From contig CAUQMH010000001.1 of assembly GCA_963519075.1 (NCBI GenBank), positions 26,438-90,437 on the forward strand: DNA of 64,000 bases. Reading direction: 5' to 3'. Origin of the DNA: an uncultured Flavobacteriaceae bacterium (GTDB lineage Bacteria > Bacteroidota > Bacteroidia > Flavobacteriales > Weeksellaceae). The notes under the pieces are model-generated. The model worked only from the letters and a program-made list of their open reading frames with translations, made no database searches and was not told the DNA's origin. The position numbers and the translations under genes are program-made. Shown piece by piece: positions 1-11,162 of the stretch. The first letter of the stretch is position 1. Every line of letters begins with the position of its first letter.

Positions 1-755
1 ACATCTTATTAGCTCTTGGGCTGGTTATTTCTGGAATGGTATCCATTTTCTGTAAATTTGATAAAACCATCCCAAAACACTATTTTTTAGTGTTTTTAAG
101 CATCTTTTTGATGACAATCGTCGTTTTCTTTATTTCTCAATATCCCATGACCTCATTTAGTTTTGAGAATAGGATTTTACTCTGGGTCAAATTTTCTTCT
201 TCCTTACTTTTAGGATATTTGATTTACAACGGTTTGGCTTCTGCAAAAAAGAAAAGTTATCAAAACTTGCTGAAAACCTTATTATTTTTATTTTTATCCA
301 CTAATTTTATTTGTGTTATTTCCGAAAAAAACTCTTGGATCTACGCCAGCAATTATAATAAAAACCTCATCAAAAGCCTAGTTTCTCATCTTCCCAAAAA
401 TATCAAAGATGAAAAAATTATCATCATAGAAAATAAAACAAATTATGATAAACTCATCACTGACGAAAAAACATTAAAAGCTTCTTATGAGATGAGAGCA
501 GCGCTGGTTTTATATACTCCACAAGTTTCTATAAATGGTGCTAATATATACAGAATCAGCACCAAAGACACTTATTTATATTCTATTTTTGAAAAAAAGC
601 TGAACAATAGGCCTCGTTCAGAAATCAAAGAAACCGAAACAGGATTTATTTTAGGTAAAGACAAAATAAATTTCCCTTTTTATGTTTTTGATTATGCTGA
701 CAATTCTTTACATTTGGTAAAAAATAAAAGTGATTATAACAAGTTTCTAAAATAA
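1..755 (+). CDS. hypothetical membrane protein, 5' end outside window
   Basis: The ORF track starts at ATG 36, but the frame stays open and hydrophobic (ILLALGLVISG) back to base 3, so the gene probably begins upstream. The N-terminal part has TM segments. No family recognised. Confidence 0.5.
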   Translation, partial: ILLALGLVISGMVSIFCKFDKTIPKHYFLVFLSIFLMTIVVFFISQYPMTSFSFENRILLWVKFSSSLLLGYLIYNGLASAKKKSYQNLLKTLLFLFLSTNFICVISEKNSWIYASNYNKNLIKSLVSHLPKNIKDEKIIIIENKTNYDKLITDEKTLKASYEMRAALVLYTPQVSINGANIYRISTKDTYLYSIFEKKLNNRPRSEIKETETGFILGKDKINFPFYVFDYADNSLHLVKNKSDYNKFLK

Positions 756-764
756 TAAAATATA

Positions 765-1625
765 ATGAAAGGAATAATTCTCGCGGGAGGTTCTGGGACA
801 AGGCTCTACCCGCTCACTATCGCAGTAAGTAAGCAGTTAATGCCTGTATATGACAAGCCTATGATTTATTTCCCTATTTCTACCCTTCTATTGGCGGGAA
901 TCAGGGAGATACTCATCATCACTACGCCGCACGACCAAGAGGCTTTCAAAAAACTATTGGGCGATGGTTCACAAATTGGGTGTAAGTTTGAATACAAAGT
1001 TCAGCCTTCTCCAGATGGATTGGCTCAGGCGTTTATTTTAGGAGAGGAGTTCATCGGGTCAGATTCTGTGGCGCTGGTTTTGGGCGATAATATTTTCTAC
1101 GGTTCCGGTCTTCCTCAGCTGCTGGAAAGCAAAACCCAAGTGAAGGGCGGCTGTGTATTTGCCTACCCTGTTTCCGACCCTGAAAGATATGGTGTGGTAG
1201 AATTTGATGAAAACCAAAAAGCCGTTTCCATAGAAGAAAAACCTGCCGTTCCGAAGTCCAACTATGCCGTGCCTGGTCTTTATTTCTATGACAATTCTGT
1301 GGTGGAATATGCTAAAAACCTAAAACCTTCGGCGAGAGGAGAATTGGAAATTACCGATATCAATAAAATTTATCTTGAAAAAGGTCAGTTAGAAGTAGGT
1401 GTGATGAGCCGAGGGACAGCTTGGCTGGATACAGGGACTTTTGATTCCCTTCACGAGGCGTCTGAATTTGTAAAAGTTCTTGAAAAAAGACAAGGCGTGA
1501 AAATCTCCTGCATCGAAGAGATTGCCTACAAAAAAGGATTTATCAACAAAGAACAGCTCCTGAAATCTGCCGAAAAATACGGAAAAAGCGGCTACGGCGA
1601 TTATCTTAAAAAGCTGATAAAATAG
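765..1625 (+). CDS. rfbA: glucose-1-phosphate thymidylyltransferase
   Basis: 286 aa. N-terminal [18 protein letters not shown] nucleotidyltransferase motif and RmlA-like sequence throughout ([27 protein letters not shown]). Confidence 0.95.
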   Translation: MKGIILAGGSGTRLYPLTIAVSKQLMPVYDKPMIYFPISTLLLAGIREILIITTPHDQEAFKKLLGDGSQIGCKFEYKVQPSPDGLAQAFILGEEFIGSDSVALVLGDNIFYGSGLPQLLESKTQVKGGCVFAYPVSDPERYGVVEFDENQKAVSIEEKPAVPKSNYAVPGLYFYDNSVVEYAKNLKPSARGELEITDINKIYLEKGQLEVGVMSRGTAWLDTGTFDSLHEASEFVKVLEKRQGVKISCIEEIAYKKGFINKEQLLKSAEKYGKSGYGDYLKKLIK

Positions 1626-1641
1626 TATAAAACCTCAACAA

Positions 1642-1677
1642 AAAATCCCTCCTAAACGAGGGATTTTTATTTTTTAC
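1642..1677. terminator. bidirectional intrinsic terminator between rfbA and the convergent lipoprotein gene
   Basis: Hairpin aaaatccctc / gagggatttt with a 6-nt loop, flanked by an A-run and a T-run. Confidence 0.6.
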
Positions 1678-1688
1678 TTATTTATAAA

Positions 1689-2213
1689 TTACTCTAACCT
1701 TTGATATGTATAATATTTATAATAACTCTTTGTCCATGTAAAATACAACAAAAGAAATGCTGCCCCACTTCGTGATGTAGATTCTACAATACCCAAACCA
1801 TTATCCTGATTTTTATACAAATGAAGTTTTTTAACATCAAAAGATCCTAATACATAAGGAATAAGAACAGGTTTTACATTTTGGTTTTTTAGAAGATATA
1901 TATTATTCTTTTTTCTATACTTATATTGTCTTGTAATTTTAGAATTATCATTTCGTATAATCTCTATCTGCAGATTCTTATCATCTTTCACCAAAATAGA
2001 AAATTTATCATACCCTTCCATTTTATCAAGTGTAAGAGTATCTTTTAATAATTTTCTATCTAAAAGTTTAAGAATATTGTCTTTTTGTTCTGTATTTTCA
2101 TAAACTCCACTAATATCAGAATTTTCGGTATTTATGTCTTTTACCTTCAGTTTGTTTATTCCTCCACATGAAGAAAGAATAAGCATTACAAAGAAAATTA
2201 TACTTTTTTTCAT
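1689..2213 (-). CDS. hypothetical lipoprotein
   Basis: 174 aa. Signal peptide with lipobox (MLILSSCGG). No family recognised. Confidence 0.6.
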   Translation of the reverse strand: MKKSIIFFVMLILSSCGGINKLKVKDINTENSDISGVYENTEQKDNILKLLDRKLLKDTLTLDKMEGYDKFSILVKDDKNLQIEIIRNDNSKITRQYKYRKKNNIYLLKNQNVKPVLIPYVLGSFDVKKLHLYKNQDNGLGIVESTSRSGAAFLLLYFTWTKSYYKYYTYQRLE

Positions 2214-2221
2214 AATTTCAT

Positions 2222-3982
2222 TTACATTCTATCCACCACGCCTATTCCGAGCAGATGTAAAGATTTTCTAATCACCACGCCTGTGAGCTGAGATAGATAT
2301 AGTCGGAATTTCTTCACATCTTCGTTTTCGTTGTTCAAAATCGGATTATTTTGGTAAAAAGCATTGTAGAGTTTTACCACTTCATAAACATAATTAGCCA
2401 AATGAGCAGGGCTGAGTGCCGCCGCCGCTTTGCTTACAGTTTCCTTGTATTCGCTTAGAGCAATGATGAGTTCTTTCTCGTTCTCACTAAGGGCGATGTT
2501 TTCAGAGAAATTGAAATCCGTTCCTTCAGCTCTTTTCAGTAAAGACTGAATTCTGGCATAAGCATACTGAATGAAAGGCCCTGTATTCCCATTGAAATCC
2601 ACACTTTCCTCTGGATTGAAAAGCATTTTTTTCTTCGGATCTACTTTTAGCATAAAATATTTCAATGCTCCAAGACCTACGATTTCATAAGATTTTTCTT
2701 TTTCCTCTTCGGTCAGCGCTTCCAGTTTTCCTAGTTCCTGCGCTTTTTCTTTCGCCGTAAGATACATTTCCTGCATCAGGTCATCGGCATCCACCACTGT
2801 TCCTTCACGAGATTTCATCTTTCCGTTAGGAAGTTCCACCATTCCGTAGGATAGATGGTAAAGATGCTCCGCCCAGCTGTAGCCGAGTTTTTTAAGGATT
2901 TTAAACAAAACCTGAAAATGATAATCCTGCTCATTTCCCACCGTGTAGATAAGTCTCTGTATATCATTATCCGCGAAACGCCCCACGGCAGTTCCCAAAT
3001 CCTGCGTGATATAGACAGAAGTCCCATCCCCACGAAGGAGAAGTTTTTCATCCAAGCCTTCATCGGTAAGGTCGCACCATACAGAGCCATCTTCTTTGGT
3101 GAAGAAAACGCCTTTGTCCAGACCTTCTTTTATCAAATCTTTACCCAAAAGGTAAGTTTGGCTTTCATATTGAACTTGGTCAAAATCTACTCCAAGGCGT
3201 TTATAAGTTTCCGCAAATCCTGCATAAACCCAAGCGTTCATTTTTTCCCAAAGGTTTCTTACTTTTTCATCGCCATTTTCCCAGTCCAAAAGCATTTTTT
3301 GAGCCTCTAAAATAGACGGCGCTTGTTTTTTAGCCGTTTCTTCGTCTATGCCTTGTTCTTTCAGCTGGGCTATTTCTGCTTTGTAATGTTTATCAAATTC
3401 CACATAGTAATTTCCCACCAGCTTATCACCTTTTGTTTGGGTAGATTCTGGCGTTGCTCCATTTCCGAATTTTTCCCACGCCAACATAGATTTACAAATG
3501 TGGATTCCTCTATCGTTGATGATTTGGGTTTTGATGACATTATAGCCCTCTTCTTTCAAAATATTAGCAATAGAAAAGCCTAAAAGATTATTTCTAATAT
3601 GTCCCAAATGCAAAGGTTTGTTGGTATTTGGCGAAGAATATTCCACCATAATGGTTTCATTCTTAGGTGTGATTTTCTCTAAATTCTCGGAAAGATTTTT
3701 AAAGCTTTGCAGGAAAACATTGTCCTTTAATTTTAGGTTAAGAAAACCTTTCACAATGTTATAATTTTCTACAAAATCCACCTCCGAAAGTATCTTGTCG
3801 CCAAGCTCTGTCGCGATGATATCTGGACTTTTCTTCAAAACTTTAACCAAAGGAAAAGTCACGACAGTAAAATCTCCTTCAAAATCAGGTTTTGTCTGCT
3901 GAATTTCAGGAACGAAATCCACCAAACCAAAACTCTCTGCTAAAACTTTCTGTATTTTTTCAAGTAATATCTCTCTAACCAT
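2222..3982 (-). CDS. argS: arginine--tRNA ligase
   Basis: 586 aa. Class I HIGH-type motif (NKPLHLGHIRNN), MSKREG-type KMSK-like motif (KMKSREG) and the ArgS C-terminal anticodon-binding domain ending in DRM. Confidence 0.95.
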   Translation of the reverse strand: MVREILLEKIQKVLAESFGLVDFVPEIQQTKPDFEGDFTVVTFPLVKVLKKSPDIIATELGDKILSEVDFVENYNIVKGFLNLKLKDNVFLQSFKNLSENLEKITPKNETIMVEYSSPNTNKPLHLGHIRNNLLGFSIANILKEEGYNVIKTQIINDRGIHICKSMLAWEKFGNGATPESTQTKGDKLVGNYYVEFDKHYKAEIAQLKEQGIDEETAKKQAPSILEAQKMLLDWENGDEKVRNLWEKMNAWVYAGFAETYKRLGVDFDQVQYESQTYLLGKDLIKEGLDKGVFFTKEDGSVWCDLTDEGLDEKLLLRGDGTSVYITQDLGTAVGRFADNDIQRLIYTVGNEQDYHFQVLFKILKKLGYSWAEHLYHLSYGMVELPNGKMKSREGTVVDADDLMQEMYLTAKEKAQELGKLEALTEEEKEKSYEIVGLGALKYFMLKVDPKKKMLFNPEESVDFNGNTGPFIQYAYARIQSLLKRAEGTDFNFSENIALSENEKELIIALSEYKETVSKAAAALSPAHLANYVYEVVKLYNAFYQNNPILNNENEDVKKFRLYLSQLTGVVIRKSLHLLGIGVVDRM

Positions 3983-4013
3983 AATAAATAAAATAATTGC
4001 AAAGATAAAAAAT

Positions 4014-4048
4014 ATAAAGGAAATCCCTGAAAAAGAGACTTCCTTTAT
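4014..4048 (-). terminator. putative terminator downstream of the susD-like gene
   Basis: 9-bp stem ataaaggaa / ttcctttat with a long 17-nt loop and a T-run on the minus strand. Confidence 0.35.
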
Positions 4049-4077
4049 AAAAAAATTAGTTAAAAATGAAGAGGCTA

Positions 4078-5521
4078 TTAGTTATCCCACCAAACTCTGT
4101 TGCTCAGCCCTGTGTATGGAATCGGAACCCCTGGTCCTGCTACTAAGTTAGCGCGGTTTGAATTGATTTCTACATCTGGATATGGCAGGTTTCTCGGGAT
4201 TACATTAGAAGTTACATTGCTCGCTGCTGGTGTGAGAGCTGGGAAGCCAGTTCTTCTCCAATCTACCCAAGACTCATAAGATGCCTGGAACATGGTAATC
4301 CATTTTTGCTCCATGATTCTCTGTAAAGTCCCATTATAAGCCACATTCGCATTCGCTAAATATGTCGCTGCAGAAGAAGATAAACCTAATGCTGCGAAAT
4401 CCTGTGTAATCGCAGCTTGATAAGCCGCCTGTGCACTTGCTGCATTAGATGCTCTGTGATACACTTCTGCTTTGATAAAATTAACCTCTGCTGCACTCAT
4501 CAAAACCACAGGAGCTTTTATAGACGCATAAGCACTTCCTACACGGGAATATCTATTCTTTTTGGAGTCTTCTTCATCATTTCCTGGTGCATTACCCAAA
4601 TACTGTCCTTTTAATCCTAAAACATTATTAGCAACAGGCTCAAAATAAACACCTACCCTAGGGTCTGACAATGCTTTCATCTTATCTACAATTGTACTGG
4701 ATACTGCTTGGTCACTTCTTCCAGAAAGCACATCAAACTGATAGATAGGATTGGCATTAGAAGCTACAGTACCAAAGAGAACCTTTGCATCATCCACACT
4801 AGTTTCTATAAGACTAGGATTGGATGCCAAGAAATTCGCTGCTGCATTGGGCTGTCTGCGGCTTAAATGGTTTAGTAATCGTAGTTTTAACGAATTTCCG
4901 TATTTTTTCCATTTTGCCACATCCCCTCCATAGACTATATCTCCAGAAATAGTTTCTGTTCCTGCTGAAAGAGCAGCTAACCCCCTCATCTATCATGGCA
5001 ATAAGAGCTGGATAGATATTTTCCTGTCTATCATAAGCAGGAGTAATATTAGCTCTTCCCTGTAAAGCCTCAGAAAAAGGTATATCTCCAAACATATCTG
5101 TAACAACACTGAATGCGTGAGCCTGAAGAAGCTTAGAAACCCCTACATACGCCCTATTTCCAGAGGCTGCAGCCTTGTTTTCCAGCTCTCTCATACCCAT
5201 CAACACATTATTATAAAAAGCCCCCCAAGCCACATCTGTACTAGAAGAGGTGATTCTATATTGTGCATAATCAAGTGGCTGCGCCCTATGTCCCGCATAA
5301 TGCTGAACGATACTTGCTGGCATTCTAGTCCCCTCACCACCAAGAGCAAAGGCAAAACCAACCTGTGAACCACTAAGAAGCCCTGACAAAGAAGCTTCTG
5401 AAGGATTATTGGGATCTACATTAATATCCAACTCCTGTCTACAAGATGTAACTACCAAAGGAGTCGCTGTCAAAGCTAAAAGAACAGCATATTTAGATAT
5501 ATTATTTCTAATTTTTTTCAT
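4078..5521 (-). pseudogene. SusD/RagB-family nutrient-binding lipoprotein, frameshifted
   Basis: Two overlapping ORFs (4814-5521 N-terminal with lipobox VVTSC, and 4078-4989 C-terminal) are contiguous halves of one SusD-like protein. The frames switch at the C5 run 4981-4985. Confidence 0.8.
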
Positions 5522-5533
5522 TTTTCTTAGTTT

Positions 5534-8406
5534 TTAGAATTGAACTTTTAAATTAACACCAAAGCTTCTTGTCGATGGGAATGCAAAACGAGAAACCCCT
5601 TGTGCATTTCCTGTTCCAAAAGAGCTTGATTCTGGGTCTATGTGAGGCACCTTTGTCCATAAGAACAAGTTTCTACCAAATACACCTACATCTATACTTC
5701 TTATGAAATCAAATCCTGCTGGACGGAAACTGTATCCTAAGCTTATTTCACGAAGTTTCACCCAGTCATTTTTATACACATAAGCTTCTGTTGGAAGTGA
5801 ATTATAATAATTTTGGTTTATCGCAATAGGTGTTGTATTTGGTGTTCCTGCAGATGTTACACCAGGGAAAACTGTCGTTCCATTTTCTCTTTCTAATGTC
5901 TTTGCAGATACGCCATAGAAATCCAACAATTCTTCTGTTCCATTAAACAAATATCCTCCTTGTCTGATGTCCAATTGTGCTGTGAGGTACACTCCTTTAT
6001 ATTTAAAGGTTGTTCCTACACTTCCTGTCCAGTCTGGTTCTACATGCCCTAGGACTTGGCCACTCTGGATCATTGGCTTACCATTACTTCCCACCAAAAT
6101 ATTTCCATTGGCATCTCTCATATAGGCGCTACCAACGATAGAACCATATCTTTCGCCTTTTACAGCATAGATAGCAGGACTTCCTGAGAAACCTCCCATA
6201 TATATTCTATCTGTTTTAGGATGTGTTTCTTCCACCAATGAGCGGATTCTACTAAAATTAAAATTAACTTCCCAGCTAAAATCTTTTGCTTTGATAGGTG
6301 TGACTTTCAGTCCTGCCTCTATCCCTTTAGAAGAAGTTTGTCCTGTGTTCTCAATGGATATAGCAGCCCCTGAAGTAGGAGAAATCCTAAGTCCGATGAT
6401 TCCATCTGTATTCTTGTTTTCGAAATAAGTGAACTCCAAACCAATTCTATTCTTCAAGAAACGAAGTTCTGTTCCTACCTCATATTCCGTTGTAAATTCT
6501 GGCTTTAAGTCTGGATCATTCCATGTGTTTGCCACTTTGTATCCTACATAAGTCCCTAAATCATTATTAAAAGGAAATTTAAGTCCTGGCACGAATCCAT
6601 CACCATACTCTGCTTTTCTATATGCTTGGAAAACTAAATAAGGATCTGCATCTCTTGCCGTTCTGGAAATCCCAGCACGCAGTTTACCATAACTTAATAT
6701 ATCCTTATTAATATTAAATGCATCCGAGAAGACAAAGGAACCACTTACCCCAGGGTAGAAATAAGCTCTATTATTTTCTGGTAAAGTAGAAGCCATCTCA
6801 TATCTTCCTACTAAGTTCAGGAACAAATAATTTTTGTAGCTCAAAGTAACATCTCCAAAGAACCCAAATAATGTTCTTTGGGTTTCATAGTTATAGCCTG
6901 GGTCAAAAGAAGCGATGTTATCAGTATTTACCAAACCTGGTGCAGCTAGTGCATTCCCTGTAATAACACTATTTCTGTAAGTTCTCTTGTTATAGTCCTG
7001 TCCCACCACAACTGTCAATGCCAAGTTATCCGTAATATTGGTATTGATATTTGCCATCAATGTTGAGGTAAGCTCGTTTCTCTTCACATCATCATAAGAC
7101 AAATATCCTTTCACTTTTGAGCCAGAATATATATCTCTGAATATCACTCTATTATCTACAAAATAATCATTCCCTAATCTATAAGTCAGTTTTAACCATT
7201 TTGTTAAATCATATCCTAAATTCAAACTCGTAATGAAACGGTCACTGGATGTTTTAGCAGAGTTCTTATAAACTGACCAATATGGGTTGTCAAAACTTCC
7301 CCCTCGGAAATTGATTTGTTCGCCAGTAGCAGGATTAACATAGCCATAACCCTTCAAATCCCAGCTCACAGGAGTGTGGAACAAGGCAAAAATAGGGTTA
7401 TTCCCATCCTGCCCTGCGAATGGCACATTTCCTTTGGTTTTATTATAAGAGACATTTACTCCTGCATTGAATTTCTCTGTAACCTGCGTATTTCCATTAA
7501 ATCTAAAATTGGTCTTCTCATATTCTTGGTTCGGAACTATGGATGTCTGCAAGGAATGCCCTGCTGACAAGAAAACATTAGATTTATTAAATGAATGTGA
7601 CAAAGACACATTATTATTTCTTGTTACTCCAGTTTGTAGAAACTGCTTTCTCGGGTCATAAACAGAGAGTGTAACATTTTTGCCTGCCGCATCACTATAC
7701 ACAGTCTGCCCTTGTATTTTTGCCCCCATGAATAAGAAGTTCCTTCTCCATACACACCTCTACTTCCCTGTGCATAGACTGTCTGATAATCTGGAAGAAC
7801 CAAAGCATTATCTACCGCAACCTGTGTAGAAAGGACAATCTGTGGCTTCCCTGCTCTTGCTTTTCCTGATTTCGTTGTGATGAGGATAACCCCATTAGAA
7901 CCTCTATTTCCATAAAGAACAGCTCCAGCTGCCCCTTTCAGGATATTGATACTCTCAATATCATCAGGGTTGATATCCGCTGCTCTGTTTGGAGAAGAAA
8001 TCCCTGAGGTAGTATTGGAGTTCCCATCATTCGCATTAGTGATAGGCACTCCATCAATCACATACAGAGGCTCGTTAGAATTTGTAAGAGATTTTGCCCC
8101 TCCTCTAATGACTAATCTACTCCCAGAACCTGGCGCCCCGCCAGAAGAGATTACCTGAAGCCCTGCTGCTTTTCCCGAAAGCGAATTGACTAAATTCTGA
8201 TTCCCAACTTTTGACAAGTCATCTCCGCCTACTTTCGTAGTTGAATACCCAAGAGATTTATTCTCTCTCTTAATTCCCAAAGCGGTGATTACCACTTCGC
8301 CGATTTCCTTGACTTTCACAGAGTCTTTTGGTTTTTCCTGTGCGTTTCCTATCACAAAGGAAGAAGAAAGAACAACTGCCAAGACATTTGATGTTAGTTT
8401 CTTCAT
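5534..8406 (-). pseudogene. SusC/RagA-family TonB-dependent outer-membrane receptor, frameshifted
   Basis: ORF 7624-8406 carries the signal peptide and plug domain (ITALGIKRENKSLGYS, VIDGVPI). ORF 5534-7729 carries the beta-barrel and ends in the terminal F typical of OM barrels. The frames switch at the C5 run 7723-7727. Confidence 0.85.
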
Positions 8407-8487
8407 AATTAAAAGTTATTTTGGTTTTTCTTTGACAATTTTATAACATTTTTTTAATAAAAACAATAGATTTGTAAAAAAAAATAT

Positions 8488-8495
8488 TAAATTTG
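8488..8495 (+). promoter_or_regulatory. Bacteroidota -7 box TAAATTTG upstream of rnhB
   Basis: Exact TAnnTTTG match 41 nt upstream of ATG 8536. A second match, TAGATTTG, lies at 8467-8474. Confidence 0.4.
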
Positions 8496-8535
8496 TGCTA
8501 AATTTTATTTAAAACTTAATTTTTATTGAATATTT

Positions 8536-9135
8536 ATGAATTTAAAGCGTTTTTGGTCTGAAATTTGCATCGAGGCTGGTTGTGATGAGGTAGGAAGAGG
8601 CTGTCTGGCAGGCCCTGTGGTCGCTGCTGCTGTGATTATTGATGAAAAATTTGACCACAACCTCATCAACGACTCTAAAAAACTTACCACAAAGGTTCGT
8701 TTAGAATTAGACCAATACATAAGGGAAAATGCGGTGGATTTCGCGATTGCAGAAGTTCCGCCTTCTTTCATTGATGAGCATAACATACTGAACGCCAGTA
8801 TCCACGCGATGCACTTGGCATTAGACCAGCTAAAAACACGCCCAGAGCTGATTTTAGTGGATGGGAACAGGTTTCATCCATATAATTTCATTCCATACGA
8901 ATGCATTGTAAAAGGAGACGGCAAGGTGCTTTCCATCGCGGCTGCTTCTATTTTAGCTAAAAACTACCGAGACCAGCTCATGCTGAAACTCCACGAAGAA
9001 TTCCCTGAATACGCTTGGGACAAAAATGTTGGCTATCCCACCAAAGCCCATAGAGAAGCCATTAAGAAACATGGCGCTACGCCTTATCACAGGATGAGTT
9101 TTAAACTTCTAAGCGATTCTGATAAACCTTCCTGA
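8536..9135 (+). CDS. rnhB: ribonuclease HII
   Basis: 199 aa. AGCDEVGRGCLAGPVV catalytic motif and DSKKLT motif typical of RNase HII. Confidence 0.93.
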   Translation: MNLKRFWSEICIEAGCDEVGRGCLAGPVVAAAVIIDEKFDHNLINDSKKLTTKVRLELDQYIRENAVDFAIAEVPPSFIDEHNILNASIHAMHLALDQLKTRPELILVDGNRFHPYNFIPYECIVKGDGKVLSIAAASILAKNYRDQLMLKLHEEFPEYAWDKNVGYPTKAHREAIKKHGATPYHRMSFKLLSDSDKPS

Positions 9136-9190
9136 TGATTTAATAATTTGCTTAAAAGACTCTTATGTTTCCTCTTTTTAGTTTATTCAT

Positions 9191-9198
9191 TATATTTG
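9191..9198 (+). promoter_or_regulatory. -7 box TATATTTG upstream of the symporter gene
   Basis: Exact TAnnTTTG match 20 nt upstream of ATG 9218. Confidence 0.4.
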
Positions 9199-9217
9199 CA
9201 ACAAACAAAAAGTAGTA

Positions 9218-10642
9218 ATGAATTCATTTATATTTAGATTATTTCCATTATTGATAATGACTCTCGGAGCTGTTGTCTATGGAATTAACTTTTTTTCGCC
9301 TCTTTCTAAGGCGGTGCTCTCTGGAACGCATTTTGTCATCGGTGGCGCTTTTTTATTTTATGCCATTTTGAAAAAAGACCTTACGACTTGGATACTTACC
9401 AGCATGATTGTGGGCGTGGTGATAGGTGTGGAGTTTCCTGGTGTAGCGATGGCTCTACAGCCTCTGAGCAGTGGGTTTATCAAATTAGTAAAAACCATTG
9501 TAGGGCCTATTTTATTTGCGACTTTGGTTTATGGAATTGCTGGGCATTCTGACCTGAAACAAGTAGGAAGAATGGCGTGGAAATCTTTGCTTTATTTCAA
9601 TGTAGCGACGACTCTTGCTATCCTAATAGGTTTGGTATCCATCAATATATCCAATGCTGGTGTAGGGATAGATTTGAGCCAATTTCCTCAGCACGACCTA
9701 CCTTCTGGTTCGGGAGTTAAGGAAAATGATTTAAAAGCTCTAAAACAAATTCCTGAAGCTGACCAATGGATATACAAGGTAACGGCTTTCTTCCGTGATA
9801 TTTTCCCTGAAAATATTATAAAGTCTATTTATGAAAATCAGGTGCTGCAAATTGTAGTTTTCTCTGTAGTTTTTGGTATCGGACTGGCTATGCTGGATGA
9901 AAAGAAGAAAAAGCCAATGATAGACTTTGTGGAAAGTCTAGCGGAAGTGATGTTTAAATACACTAAAATCGTGATGTATTTTGCTCCTGTCGGAGTAGGT
10001 GCAGCGATGGCATATACGGTAGGACATATGGGAATAGACATTTTAAAATATTTGTTCTTACTCCTGCTGACTCTTTATGCTGCGATATTTGCATTTGTTA
10101 TGCTGGTATTACTGCCACTAGCCATGTATCTGAAAATCCCAATCAAAAACTTCATTTCTGCTATCAAAGAACCTGTTTCTATCGCTTTTGCTACGACAAG
10201 TTCTGATGCTGCCTTACCTAAAGTAATGAGCAATATGGAAGCCTTTGGCGTGCCTCGTAGAATTGTTTCCTTCGTGGTACCTACGGGATATAGTTTTAAT
10301 CTTGACGGAACTGCACTTTATCTATCATTAGCATCTATATTCGTGGCTCAGGCCGCTGGGATGGAATTGACTTTCGGACAACAACTGCTGATGTGCCTTA
10401 CATTGATGATTACAAGTAAGGGAGTGGCAGCCATACCGAGAGCCTCTCTGATTGTCCTTATCGCTACAGCTGAGCAATTTGGGCTTCCGCTGATTATCAT
10501 TTCTGCTATTTTAGGAATAGATGAACTGATGGACATGGGAAGAACCTCTTTGAATGTGATTGGGAACTGTATGGCTTCCGTTTTCATTGCAAAATGGGAA
10601 GGAGAATTTGATCAAGAAAAAGCCGAAAATTATGGAAAATAG
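9218..10642 (+). CDS. dicarboxylate/amino acid:cation symporter (DAACS family)
   Basis: 474 aa polytopic protein with GltP-like motifs (ATTSSDAALP, GYSFNLDGTALY, MDMGRTSLNVIGN). Confidence 0.85.
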   Translation: MNSFIFRLFPLLIMTLGAVVYGINFFSPLSKAVLSGTHFVIGGAFLFYAILKKDLTTWILTSMIVGVVIGVEFPGVAMALQPLSSGFIKLVKTIVGPILFATLVYGIAGHSDLKQVGRMAWKSLLYFNVATTLAILIGLVSINISNAGVGIDLSQFPQHDLPSGSGVKENDLKALKQIPEADQWIYKVTAFFRDIFPENIIKSIYENQVLQIVVFSVVFGIGLAMLDEKKKKPMIDFVESLAEVMFKYTKIVMYFAPVGVGAAMAYTVGHMGIDILKYLFLLLLTLYAAIFAFVMLVLLPLAMYLKIPIKNFISAIKEPVSIAFATTSSDAALPKVMSNMEAFGVPRRIVSFVVPTGYSFNLDGTALYLSLASIFVAQAAGMELTFGQQLLMCLTLMITSKGVAAIPRASLIVLIATAEQFGLPLIIISAILGIDELMDMGRTSLNVIGNCMASVFIAKWEGEFDQEKAENYGK

Positions 10643-11129
10643 AAAAAATCAATTGAGAAATATTTTTAGTATTTTGCTCATATCTTTCTCTGTAGGATTG
10701 TACGCACAGGATGGTTTTTCTTTTAAAAGGAGTGTCCTTGACAAAACAGCTATTGGCTTGGATTACAACTACATTGGAAGAAATACACTCGCTGTAGGAA
10801 TAGACTACAATGCAGGAAGACAGGACAAATCCATCACAATAGGAGCTTTTGGTCGTTATTTCAGAGGAAAAGATAGCAAAGACCATTTTATCCCAGAACT
10901 AAAAGTAGGGTATTACGATGGCGGTGGATATGCTGGTCTAGTGGTTTCTACTAAACATTTCAGCCCTATCGTAGGTTTTTCTTTTTTGAAATTTATGAAT
11001 GTTTATGGTGGATATTCTATTCCTTTTGATTCTGAAAAGAACCTAAATGGCTTTTCTATAGGAGTAAGTATCAATATAGGTCTGACCTATATGAGTAAAT
11101 ATTACGATAAATTCGTTTTTATGCGATAA
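10632..11129 (+). CDS. hypothetical secreted, beta-rich, possible outer-membrane protein
   Basis: The track ORF starts at 10560 inside the symporter gene. ATG 10632 gives a proper signal peptide (LLISFSVGLYAQ). The sequence has alternating Gly/aromatic beta-strand character. Confidence 0.5.
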   Translation: MENRKNQLRNIFSILLISFSVGLYAQDGFSFKRSVLDKTAIGLDYNYIGRNTLAVGIDYNAGRQDKSITIGAFGRYFRGKDSKDHFIPELKVGYYDGGGYAGLVVSTKHFSPIVGFSFLKFMNVYGGYSIPFDSEKNLNGFSIGVSINIGLTYMSKYYDKFVFMR

Positions 11130-11130
11130 A

Positions 11131-11160
11131 AAAAACTCCACTAAATGTGGAGTTTTTTAT
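11131..11160. terminator. bidirectional intrinsic terminator (convergent with ftsZ)
   Basis: Hairpin aaaaactccac / gtggagttttt with a 5-nt loop and flanking A and T runs. Confidence 0.65.
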
Positions 11161-11162
11161 TT

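Noticed and set aside
2815-3583. ORFs of 86-151 aa (2815-3090 minus, out of frame; 2855-3310 and 3323-3583 plus, antisense) inside argS
   Set aside because: They lie entirely within the well-supported argS frame. Their translations are low-complexity with no motifs, as is typical of shadow ORFs in AT-rich DNA.
10560-10631. Upstream extension of the ORF at 10560
   Set aside because: The extension overlaps the symporter gene. The signal peptide only makes sense from ATG 10632.
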